In this document: positions 19,555-28,012 of the stretch, piece after piece
How the letters are laid out: every line of letters begins with the position of its first letter
Position numbering within the stretch: the stretch's first letter is position 1
From: Clostridia bacterium
GTDB taxonomy: Bacteria > Bacillota > Clostridia > TANB77 > CAG-508
Length of the DNA: 64,000 nt
Reading direction: 5' to 3'
Assembly (NCBI GenBank): GCA_017510245.1
Contig: JAFWNQ010000010.1
Location: 7,178 to 71,177 of the forward strand
Position numbers and translations under genes: made by a program
The notes under the pieces: model-generated
The model's input: the letters and a program-made list of their open reading frames with translations, nothing else
Told to the model about the DNA's origin: nothing
Databases searched by the model: none

Positions 19555-19947
19555 ATGATAAAACTATGTTTTGGATTTTTAGCTGGAATCATTAGTAGCT
19601 TTGGAATTGGTGGTGGAACTATTCTTACTATTCTGCTAAGTAGTTTTCTAAGTATTAATCAAAAGGTTTCTCAAGCTACAAATTTAATTTTCTTTATTCC
19701 CACATCAATAGTATCATCTATAGTTAATATCAAAAACAAAAGGATTAACTATAAAATGTGTTTTCCTATAATAGTTGCTGGATTGATAGGTTCTATTCTA
19801 GGTTCTTTACTAGCTTTAAAAATAAATAATAACTTATTAAGAAAAATATTTGCAATTTTTCTATTTATTATTTCCATTTATGAATCAACTATTTGGTATA
19901 AAAAAAATAATAAAAGACATAATAATAAAAAACATGAAAGGAAGTAA
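19555..19947 (+). CDS. TauE/SafE (DUF81)-family membrane protein, C-terminal half-size gene
   Basis: Four TM helices with SSFGIGGGTILT. Overlaps or abuts the preceding half. The track start is TTG at 19534; the ATG at 19555 is the alternative. Confidence 0.55.
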   Translation: MIKLCFGFLAGIISSFGIGGGTILTILLSSFLSINQKVSQATNLIFFIPTSIVSSIVNIKNKRINYKMCFPIIVAGLIGSILGSLLALKINNNLLRKIFAIFLFIISIYESTIWYKKNNKRHNNKKHERK

Positions 19948-19951
19948 TAAT

Positions 19952-20089
19952 ATGAAATTTGTTAAAGGTATGGTAACTGGAATGGTAATATCAGCTGGAA
20001 TAGCTATGGCTTATGCTGAATGTACTATGGGCACTAATAAAATGATGAAACAAGGAAAAAAAATGATGAAAAAGATGGGAATTATGTAA
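19952..20089 (+). CDS. Small (45-aa) membrane protein with Met/Lys-rich tail
   Basis: ATG at 19952 behind gaaaggaag. Product MKFVKGMVTGMVISAGIAMAYA...KKMMKKMGIM. Confidence 0.4.
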   Translation: MKFVKGMVTGMVISAGIAMAYAECTMGTNKMMKQGKKMMKKMGIM

Positions 20090-20091
20090 TT

Positions 20092-20137
20092 AAAAAGAAG
20101 AAACCTAATTATTTGCAAATCTAGGTTTCTTCTTTTT
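20092..20137. terminator. Bidirectional terminator between convergent genes
   Basis: aaaaagaagaaaccta / taggtttcttcttttt: 16-bp arms. The right arm overlaps the last codons of the 20121-20519 gene. Confidence 0.65.
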
Positions 20138-20519
20138 TTAATTCTTTAGGCACTGATTTTTTAACTTTAGTTGACAATTTATATTCTTGCTCTTCGTTCC
20201 ATCTCATTACTCTTATGTTTTTATATGTGTCCAAAACTTTGGCATATTTGTCATGTTCATCTTCCCATACTGTTTCTGGAATTCGATCAAATGCTTCAAA
20301 CATTTTCTCTGCTTCTGCTAAATATATAACTTGCTCCTGAGGAGACATATCATCATATCTTTTTGCAAACTTATATAAGTTATCTAAATTTTCATTTGCT
20401 TTAATAAATGAAGTAAAATCTTTAACTCTTATACCTGCTTCCTGCATTTGGTTTATAGCAACAACTATTAATAAAACAATGAATATTAGCAAAATCACTA
20501 TTAAAGCTAATAGTCTCAT
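20121..20519 (-). CDS. Membrane-anchored hypothetical protein
   Basis: N-terminal TM plus a helical soluble domain. No recognised family. Confidence 0.4.
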   Translation of the reverse strand: MRLLALIVILLIFIVLLIVVAINQMQEAGIRVKDFTSFIKANENLDNLYKFAKRYDDMSPQEQVIYLAEAEKMFEAFDRIPETVWEDEHDKYAKVLDTYKNIRVMRWNEEQEYKLSTKVKKSVPKELKKEET

Positions 20520-20607
20520 GTTAAGATTTCTCCGTTTCTCGTTTGTTTAGTATAACTATAATTATACAAAATAATTATAGCATTAAGAAATCTTATTTGC
20601 AAGTATA

Positions 20608-21876
20608 TTATTTTTTTTCTTGAAAATCAGTCGTATCTATGTTTTCATCTGGAATAAAGTACTTAGTATCTACTATTTCATCAGGCAAATATTGCTGTTC
20701 AACCCAATGTTTTGGAAAATCATGTGGATACTTATATCCCACACCATAGCCTTCTTTCTCCATTCCCTTTGCCACAGCATTCCTAATGTGCATGGGAATT
20801 GTACCTGTATCTTTAGAATTAACATCATTTAAAGCTTTATCAATTGCTAAATAGCTAGCATTCGATTTCTTTGAATTAGCATTATATATTGCCGCTTCTG
20901 CTAGAATTATTCTTGCTTCAGGCATTCCAACCATATTAACAGCCTGCATTGCAGAATTAGCAACTACTAAAGCATTAGGATTAGCAAGTCCAACATCCTC
21001 TGCAGCAGAAATAACAATTCTTCTAGCCAAAAACATTGGATCTTCTCCTGCATTTAAAGCTCTAGCTAAGTAAAAAACTGTTGCATCAGCATCAGATCCT
21101 CTCATAGATTTAATAAAAGCTGAGATATTATCATAATGTGAATCTCCATTTTTATCAAATACTGCTTTTCTATTTTGTACACACTCCTTTGCTACTTCGT
21201 TTGTTATATGAACAAATCCATTCTTGTCTATTGGAGTAGTAAGTACTGCAACTTCTAAATTATTTAGTGCAGTTCTTACGTCTCCATTAGCAGTTTTTGC
21301 AAATTTCATCACAATGCTATCGTCAATTTTTACATTATATTCTTTCAATCCTTTTTCTTCATTTAACGCTCTTTTAAGAATTGTGTATATGTTTTTATCT
21401 GTTAACTGATTTAGTCTAAAAACCATACTTCTAGAAATTAAAGCTTTGTTTACTTCAAAATATGGATTCTCGGTTGTAGCACCAATTAGTATTACCGTTC
21501 CCTTTTCAACAAAAGGTAAAAGAGCGTCTTGTTGAAGTTTATTAAATCTATGTATTTCATCAATAAAAAGAATACACTTTCCACTAGGATTCATTAATAA
21601 GTTCTCGGCTTCCTGTATCGCATTCTTTATATCAGGAACTCCCGAAGTAACAGCATTTAGCTTCATAAACTTATATTTTGTAGTCTTACTTATTACTCTA
21701 GCAAGTGAAGTTTTTCCACATCCTGGTGGTCCCCATAAAATTATACTTGATAGTCTATCAGCCTTTATAGTCCTATATAGTATTTTGTTTTCTCCTAAAA
21801 TGTCCTCTTGTCCAACATATTCTTCTAATGATTCTGGCATCATTCTATATGCTAAAGGTTTATTAGTATCTAACAT
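20608..21876 (-). CDS. rarA: Replication-associated recombination protein A (AAA+ ATPase)
   Basis: [15 protein letters not shown] (Walker A), [11 protein letters not shown], and the C-terminal MgsA domain ...[18 protein letters not shown]... Confidence 0.9.
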   Translation of the reverse strand: MLDTNKPLAYRMMPESLEEYVGQEDILGENKILYRTIKADRLSSIILWGPPGCGKTSLARVISKTTKYKFMKLNAVTSGVPDIKNAIQEAENLLMNPSGKCILFIDEIHRFNKLQQDALLPFVEKGTVILIGATTENPYFEVNKALISRSMVFRLNQLTDKNIYTILKRALNEEKGLKEYNVKIDDSIVMKFAKTANGDVRTALNNLEVAVLTTPIDKNGFVHITNEVAKECVQNRKAVFDKNGDSHYDNISAFIKSMRGSDADATVFYLARALNAGEDPMFLARRIVISAAEDVGLANPNALVVANSAMQAVNMVGMPEARIILAEAAIYNANSKKSNASYLAIDKALNDVNSKDTGTIPMHIRNAVAKGMEKEGYGVGYKYPHDFPKHWVEQQYLPDEIVDTKYFIPDENIDTTDFQEKK

Positions 21877-21903
21877 CTTGTCTCCCTTCGATAAAAGTAT
21901 CTA

Positions 21904-22491
21904 TTAAAGCATCTTAAGTCCTTCTTTAATGATTTCCTCAACTTCCATTTTTTCAGTATCTATTTGTTCTAATACTTTTTCAATAGCTTTAATATTATAT
22001 CCTAGAACTTGAAGTGCATCGATTGCATCTTGGGCATTTTCATTTAATTTTGCCTTGTTATCTAACTCTTCTTGTTCTGCTACAGTCTCATTTGTTTTTA
22101 TCTTATCTTTTAATTCTAAAATAATTCTTTGAGCAGTCTTAGCTCCTATTCCAGGAAGTTTCTTTAATGTTACCACATCATCTGTAATTACAGCTAACGC
22201 AAATTTAGATGGTTCGATATTTGATAATATTGCTAATGCAGATTTTGCTCCTATACCACCAACGCTTATTAATAATTCAAACATCGAAAGTTCTTCATTT
22301 GTCATAAACCCATATAGACTAACATCATCTTCCATTACTCTCATATATGTGAATACTTTTATCTCATCTTCAATTTCTTTTTTTTGAATTGCACTTTCAG
22401 TCATAAAAACTTTATATCCCACACCATTTACTTCTATAACCATAAAATTACTAGCTTTTATAGCAACTCTTCCTTTTAAGAAAGCAATCAT
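21904..22491 (-). CDS. ruvA: Holliday junction DNA helicase RuvA
   Basis: MIAFLKGRV...VNGVGYKV..., HhH motifs LISVGGIGAKSALAIL and LPGIGAKTAQRII. No ruvB follows. Confidence 0.9.
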   Translation of the reverse strand: MIAFLKGRVAIKASNFMVIEVNGVGYKVFMTESAIQKKEIEDEIKVFTYMRVMEDDVSLYGFMTNEELSMFELLISVGGIGAKSALAILSNIEPSKFALAVITDDVVTLKKLPGIGAKTAQRIILELKDKIKTNETVAEQEELDNKAKLNENAQDAIDALQVLGYNIKAIEKVLEQIDTEKMEVEEIIKEGLKML

Positions 22492-22527
22492 TCTTATTAT
22501 TCTCCTCTTTTAAAAACTTATGTTCGT

Positions 22528-22556
22528 ATTTTATAATTATTTTTTTCTTTTGTCAA
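22528..22556 (-). promoter_or_regulatory. Candidate sigma-A promoter of ruvA
   Basis: On the minus strand: TTGACA (22556-22551), 17 nt, TAAAAT (22533-22528). Confidence 0.45.
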
Positions 22557-22704
22557 TAGTCTATAGTTGCTTTTAAGGACAAGTACATTAATCACTAGTT
22601 TTTAGTGTTTAAAATACTTGTCCCTAAAAAGAATACTTATATTCTAATCATTAAGTCACAAATTTAATAAAACTATTATATTATTTCTACGTAAGCTTTT
22701 TCAA

Positions 22705-23313
22705 TTATTTAGGTTCACTACCAGTAATGCCATATAAATATTTACCAAACTCATCATATACATCGGATTCATATCCTTCTCTTATGCTTGGCCTTGAAAA
22801 GAACAAAGCTTCATCATCATTCGTTATATGTCCAAATACTGCAATAGTATTATCTTCAGTTTCTATTTCCTTGAGCCAAACACCATATATTAAATCATTA
22901 ATTGAATTAAATCCTACTACTTTGCCATATACACACACATAATCTGTACCATTATACTTTAAATAAATGTTACTATTATTTGATCCAGTATATTCAGCAA
23001 CTTTTTCATCAACTGTTTGGTTTGTTTTTGCTATTTCGTGTGATTTTCCTATAAAGTATTGTCTTAATTTTTCCAAGTCAGATAATCCTTCATTTTCTTC
23101 AATAGTTTTATCTAATAAATCTAACATATTTAAATCATTTTCCTCTGCTTCCTTATACGTTGCTGTTACGTTTTTTGTTTTCTCTATTAATCCGTTTTCT
23201 CCTAGTGCCAAGTTAATTGTTACACCTGCTAAAATAAGCAAAACAATAATCGTAACGACCAAAGCTACTAAAGTAATTCCCTCTTCTTTCACATTACTTC
23301 TTTTGTTTTTCAT
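22705..23313 (-). CDS. Pilin-like/pseudopilin-like secreted protein
   Basis: N-terminus MKNKRSNVKEEGITLVALVVTIIVLLILAGVTINLA resembles class-III (prepilin-type) leaders but lacks Glu at +5. Confidence 0.5.
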   Translation of the reverse strand: MKNKRSNVKEEGITLVALVVTIIVLLILAGVTINLALGENGLIEKTKNVTATYKEAEENDLNMLDLLDKTIEENEGLSDLEKLRQYFIGKSHEIAKTNQTVDEKVAEYTGSNNSNIYLKYNGTDYVCVYGKVVGFNSINDLIYGVWLKEIETEDNTIAVFGHITNDDEALFFSRPSIREGYESDVYDEFGKYLYGITGSEPK

Positions 23314-23552
23314 CTTTTTACTCCTTCATTCTAAGAATATAATTTGATATCAGCTAATCTTGTTACATACATAATTATAATAATAAATATACTGTTTTAC
23401 AATATGTTTAGTTTTTTTTTACATTCTACTTGATTAAAACTTCTAAGTTTTACTAACATCTAGAATTATATCTAGATTTGAATTCTTTGTTTTTTTGTAT
23501 ATTATTTCTTATTTTGGAAATAATTCTATTAAATAATTGTTTGGAGGTTTTT

Positions 23553-23762
23553 ATGGGTATTGAAAAACATACGAAAATTACAGGAAGTTCTACTGTTTCA
23601 TGGAAGGATGCTATTGTAAAAACTATTCAGGAAATATCTGAAACTACTAATTACTTAACTTCTGTAAAAATCATTGATCAAAGAGCTAAAATAACTGTTG
23701 ATAAAATTACAGAATACTTTGTTGATTTAGATGTAGCTTATATGGTAGATTCTGACCGATAA
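23553..23762 (+). CDS. Dodecin-family (flavin-binding) small protein
   Basis: MGIEKHTKITGSSTVSWKDAIVKTIQEISETTNYLTSVKIIDQRAKI... matches the dodecin pattern. ATG at 23553 behind tggagg; the track extension is spurious. Confidence 0.7.
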   Translation: MGIEKHTKITGSSTVSWKDAIVKTIQEISETTNYLTSVKIIDQRAKITVDKITEYFVDLDVAYMVDSDR

Positions 23763-23797
23763 ATAAGCTTCTTTACTATAGATTGAAAGGAGAAAAA

Positions 23798-24241
23798 ATG
23801 AGCAGTCCTACAGATACTCCACAAGAATATCAAAAATATGTTGATAAAAAATCACCTAATTCCCCTATTCTAAAAAATTGCTTTAATGCTTTTTGAGTTG
23901 GTGGTTTAATTTGTTGCATTGGTCAACTAATATTTTTTTGTTGCACGTCTAAAGGTTTAGATAATACTTCTTCAAGCACTGTAGTTTCAATTTGTTTAAT
24001 TGGTCTTTCAGCTTTTTTAACATCTATTAATGTTTTTAATAGAATTGGGAAACTTGCAGGAGCTGGTTCTCTTATCCCTATAACTGGGTTTGCAAACTCA
24101 ATTGTTGCTCCTGCCATGGAATATAAGTCTGAAGGTTATGTAATGGGGGTCGGAGCTAAAATGTTTACAGTTGCCGGTCCTGTTCTAATATATGGTATAT
24201 CAGCATCTGTCCTTGTTGGATTAATCGCATGTTTGTTTTAG
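23798..24241 (+). pseudogene. spoVAC: Stage V sporulation protein AC interrupted by an in-frame TGA at codon 33
   Basis: ATG at 23798 behind gaaaggag. The translation ...SPILKNCFNAF*VGGLICCIGQ...GAGSLIPITGFANSIVAPAMEYKSEGYVMG... is colinear with SpoVAC. TGA at 23894-23896, stop TAG at 24239-24241. The track's minus ORF 23923-24117 is an antisense shadow. Confidence 0.8.
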
Positions 24242-24324
24242 TAATAGTCATGATTGTGGAGCACTATAATGCTCCACTGCTATTTAACTCTCATCATTAC
24301 ATATTATTATTAATTGGAGGTTTT

Positions 24325-25329
24325 ATGAAAAAAATAGGAAAACATACATTACAGATGAACAATATAGTAAACATTTTAGAAACAGCATCTATAGTCGGTC
24401 CTAAAGAATCCAATGGTCCATTGGCGGAATACTTTGATAAGTGTATAGAAGATGAGTTTTGGAGTGAGAAAACATGGGAAAAAGCCGAAAGTAAATTTAT
24501 TAAAGAATCATCAAGTCTTGTACTGGCTAAATCAGGGCTTTCATTTGCTGATATGGATTATGCATTTGCAGGAGACCTATTAAATCAATGTATATCATCT
24601 ACTTTTGCCCTTAGAGAGAGTAATGTTCCTTTTTTTGGAATATTTGGAGCTTGTTCAACATTTGTTGAGGCTCTTTGTTTAGGTTCTGTTTTTATTGATA
24701 GTGGAGCCTGTACTAATGTACTTTGTTCAACTTCTAGCCATTTTTGTAGTGCAGAAAAACAATTTAGATTTCCTTTAGAATTAGGAAATCAAAGAACTCC
24801 AACAAGCCAATGGACAGTAACAGGCTCTGGATCAGTAATTTTAAGTAAAAATGGTAATTCACCACATATTACTCATCTAACACCCGGTGTAATTACAGAC
24901 TTAGGGATAAAAGATGCTAATAATATGGGCGCCGCTATGGCTCCAGCCGCTATTTCAACACTCTGCTCTCATTTTGAAGATACTGGTAGAACCCCTGAAT
25001 ATTATGATGCTATTTTTACTGGTGATTTAGGATATGTTGGGAAAGATATTTTTATAGACCTTGCAAGAACTAAAGGATATAATATTGCTTCAAAATACAA
25101 CGATTGTGGAGTTTTAATGTTTGACAAAGAAAAACAAGATACTCACTCTGGTGGTAGTGGCTGTGCTTGCATTGCTACAGTTTTTTCTGGATATTTGTAC
25201 AAAATGCTAAAAGAACAAAAAATAAAAAAATTGCTACTGATTGCAACAGGAGCATTAATGAATGCTACATCCTCTCAGCAAGGTGAATCTATTCCTGGAA
25301 TTGCTCATGCTGTCGCAGTAGAATTTTAA
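24325..25329 (+). CDS. spoVAD: Stage V sporulation protein AD
   Basis: Thiolase-like SpoVAD sequence (MKKIGKHTLQMNN...GIFGACSTF...GGSGCACIA...). ATG at 24325 behind ttggagg. Confidence 0.9.
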   Translation: MKKIGKHTLQMNNIVNILETASIVGPKESNGPLAEYFDKCIEDEFWSEKTWEKAESKFIKESSSLVLAKSGLSFADMDYAFAGDLLNQCISSTFALRESNVPFFGIFGACSTFVEALCLGSVFIDSGACTNVLCSTSSHFCSAEKQFRFPLELGNQRTPTSQWTVTGSGSVILSKNGNSPHITHLTPGVITDLGIKDANNMGAAMAPAAISTLCSHFEDTGRTPEYYDAIFTGDLGYVGKDIFIDLARTKGYNIASKYNDCGVLMFDKEKQDTHSGGSGCACIATVFSGYLYKMLKEQKIKKLLLIATGALMNATSSQQGESIPGIAHAVAVEF

Positions 25330-25343
25330 AAATGGAGGATACT

Positions 25344-25730
25344 ATGAATTACTTTCAAAATATAGATTGGATGATAATGCTTAGATGTTTTATTATAGGA
25401 GGCTTAATTTGTGTATTTGGTCAAATACTTATAGATAAAACAAAACTAACCCCTGCAAGAATATTAGTTACTTATGTTACATTAGGTGCCATCCTAGGTG
25501 GATTGGGTATTTACCAGCACTTAATAGATTTCGCAGGATGTGGAGCTACAGTTCCTCTAACAGGATTTGGGGCTAATCTAGCAAAAGGTGCAATTGAAGG
25601 AGTTCAAAATCAGGGATTATTGGGTGCATTCATAGGAGGTGTCAAAGCATCTGCAGGAGGTATCTCTGCAGCAGTATTCTTTGGATATATTGCTTCCTTA
25701 ATTGCAAAGCCCAAAATAAAAAAACAATAG
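25344..25730 (+). CDS. spoVAE: Stage V sporulation protein AE (SpoVAEb type)
   Basis: ...IIGGLICVFGQ...GATVPLTGFGANLAKGA... is a paralog pattern of SpoVAC. ATG at 25344 behind ggaggat. Confidence 0.85.
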   Translation: MNYFQNIDWMIMLRCFIIGGLICVFGQILIDKTKLTPARILVTYVTLGAILGGLGIYQHLIDFAGCGATVPLTGFGANLAKGAIEGVQNQGLLGAFIGGVKASAGGISAAVFFGYIASLIAKPKIKKQ

Positions 25731-25855
25731 AAACTTTGTACAATTTTCACTCAAAGTTCACACAATGGACAAAATTCATTATTATAATATAATCATATCA
25801 GTAATATAATTACTCCTATTACTGATTGATGTGAAAAACATCCCCTTTTATTTTC

Positions 25856-25887
25856 AAAAACGACTACCTAAGTAGTCGTTTTCTTTT
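25856..25887. terminator. Bidirectional terminator (spoVA operon / hup)
   Basis: Stem aacgactac / gtagtcgtt (loop ctaa) with A-run and T-run flanks, abutting the hup stop codon. Confidence 0.7.
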
Positions 25888-26163
25888 TTATTTATTAACT
25901 AAATCTTTTAATGCTTTTCCTGCTTTAAATACAGGTGCCTTTGATGCTGGAATAACTATTTCTTTCATTGTTTGTGGGTTTCTTCCCTTTCTTGCAGCTC
26001 TTTTTCTAACTTCGAAAGATCCAAATCCAACTAATTGAACTTTTTCACCTTTCTTTAAGCTTTCCTTTACAGAATCAACAAATGCTTCTAAAGCTACTTC
26101 TGTTTCCTTTTTTGATTTTCCTGTCTTAGCAGCCATTGCTGCAACTAATTCAGATTTGTTCAT
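25888..26163 (-). CDS. hup: DNA-binding protein HU
   Basis: [11 protein letters not shown]...[20 protein letters not shown]... Confidence 0.95.
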   Translation of the reverse strand: MNKSELVAAMAAKTGKSKKETEVALEAFVDSVKESLKKGEKVQLVGFGSFEVRKRAARKGRNPQTMKEIVIPASKAPVFKAGKALKDLVNK

Positions 26164-26220
26164 TTAATTTTACCTCCTATTATGATACAAAAATATGTAA
26201 TAGCCTAAGGCTATCTAATA

Positions 26221-27834
26221 TTATAATACTTTATTAAACAACAAAATCCTTCTTTTTTCGACTTTTTTCTTATGGATTTTAAAAATCTTAATAGGAATTA
26301 ATACTGTCAAAACTATTAAAAACACTAGTATTCCCAACCCAAATGAACCTATAAATCTTATTTTGAAGTTTTTTATACAATTTAAGTATATATAGATGAT
26401 TTTTGAAATTATAATCATCATCAAACTTGCCAAACATGGTTTAAAAAAATTTATGACTGATATTCTTATATTAGTTTCTTTTATCAAACTTATTAATGAA
26501 ATTGAACTTGTTACTATATGACATGCAAGTGTTGCTATAGCAGCACCTACTGCTCCTCCTATTGGTAAATCAATTCTATGTACTAGTGCTTTATTTAATA
26601 CTCCTTTGACTATTACTCCTACAGTAATAGCTTTTATAGGAACACTGTTTTTACCAATTCCATTTAGAATAATATTAGTTATTTGTTCCACAGTTAAAAA
26701 CAATATTTGAAAGCTACTAATTTTAAGAATACTGCCACCATCACTAGCATTTGGAAACAATATTCTTAATATTTCATTAGAAAAAACAAAGAAAATCAAA
26801 GTAGTAGGAACAGCAATAGTTAATCCCATTAAAAATGATTGATTAATTCTTTTCTCTTGAAGTTTTAATCTTCCATTTGTAGCAGCAATTGAAGGCAATA
26901 ATGAAGTTACTATTGCCATATTAAATGACAGCGGTAAATTTATTAGTGCATCTATTTTACCACTAAGAATTCCATATTGTCGTTTAGCTTCCTCATAACC
27001 TATTAAACTTTGTAAATCGTTTACAATCGTTGTAGAATCAATGTTCTTAGAAATAGTAGAAATTAAAGCAGTTAAAGATATTGGAATTGCCATTATAAAT
27101 ATTTGCTTTATTATTTTAATTATTCTAATTTCGCTTTTATAGCTACTATTTTTTATTTCTTTTTTTACAATTTTAACCTCTACTAAGTATGCTTTATATA
27201 AAAATCCAAATTCAATCACATTTCCTAAGGTTGTTGCTAAATTACTACAAGCTGCCATCAACTCAGTGTTTGTATTTTTCAATAGAAATACTGATACTTC
27301 TATCATAATAAATGTAGTAATTGTTTTCGTAAATTGATCTAATGCTTGTGCTTGTGCTGTCTTTTTAATAGCTTCTCTACCACTAAAAAATCCCTTAAAA
27401 ACTGATATAACAGAAATTAAGAAAACTGAAGGACATAATGCTATTATAGATAGTTTTGTTTCAGGCATATGTAAATAGTTATTAGCCAAAAAATTAGAAT
27501 AATAGTATAAATAATAACTTCCTATTATACCAATTAAAGAAAAAATGAATAGAGCTACTTTAAATATTTTATATGCATCTCTATATTTTCCTTTGCTTGA
27601 GTACTCTGCAATAAGTTTAGATATAGCTGTAGGAATTCCGATAGCTATTAAACTCAGAAATAAAGCAAAAACTTGAAATCCTCCATTTGCTATAGCGTTT
27701 CCTTCATCCCCATATCCTTCCCTATTTGTCAAATATAATCTATAAAACAGTCCAAGTATTTTTACAATAACTTGTGATATTAATAATGAAAAAACGCTTT
27801 GTTTGAAACTCTCTTTTTTTCTTTCTTTATTCAT
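26221..27834 (-). CDS. MOP-superfamily flippase (SpoVB/MurJ-like polysaccharide biosynthesis protein)
   Basis: About 14 TM helices. The N-terminus ...SLLISQVIVKILGLFYRLYLTN... is typical of SpoVB-like proteins. ATG at 27834 behind aggtga. Confidence 0.75.
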   Translation of the reverse strand: MNKERKKESFKQSVFSLLISQVIVKILGLFYRLYLTNREGYGDEGNAIANGGFQVFALFLSLIAIGIPTAISKLIAEYSSKGKYRDAYKIFKVALFIFSLIGIIGSYYLYYYSNFLANNYLHMPETKLSIIALCPSVFLISVISVFKGFFSGREAIKKTAQAQALDQFTKTITTFIMIEVSVFLLKNTNTELMAACSNLATTLGNVIEFGFLYKAYLVEVKIVKKEIKNSSYKSEIRIIKIIKQIFIMAIPISLTALISTISKNIDSTTIVNDLQSLIGYEEAKRQYGILSGKIDALINLPLSFNMAIVTSLLPSIAATNGRLKLQEKRINQSFLMGLTIAVPTTLIFFVFSNEILRILFPNASDGGSILKISSFQILFLTVEQITNIILNGIGKNSVPIKAITVGVIVKGVLNKALVHRIDLPIGGAVGAAIATLACHIVTSSISLISLIKETNIRISVINFFKPCLASLMMIIISKIIYIYLNCIKNFKIRFIGSFGLGILVFLIVLTVLIPIKIFKIHKKKVEKRRILLFNKVL

Positions 27835-28012
27835 ATAAATCACCTATTAATTTATATGAGAATATTTATATTATATGTATTATTTGTTTTTCACTCTATC
27901 ACTTTAGTCCGTAGAAGCAATGTCATAAAATAAAGTATTACAAATTTGCTCAAAACTCTTGTTTTTTTCGCGATTTTGTAGGATAATATAAGAGGAAAGG
28001 ATTTTATCAACC

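Noticed and set aside
22577-22623. Nested hairpin (ggacaagta ... tacttgtcc enclosing cacta-gtttt-tagtg) between the pilin-like gene and ruvA.
   Set aside because: It is most simply a weak terminator or 3'-end structure for the pilin-like gene, upstream of the ruvA promoter. It has no conserved RNA-family features.
23894-23896. Genetic code 4 or 25 (TGA = Trp or Gly) as the explanation for the in-frame TGA in spoVAC.
   Set aside because: Trp is encoded by TGG throughout the window. No other conserved gene contains an in-frame TGA. mraZ appears to terminate at TGA. The minD interruption is TAA, which those codes do not explain.
24256-24277. GC-rich 8-bp hairpin (gtggagca ctataa tgctccac) between spoVAC and spoVAD.
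   Set aside because: It is a short intra-operon stem without a U-run. It is probably a processing or stability element, or coincidental. Evidence is insufficient to call a feature.
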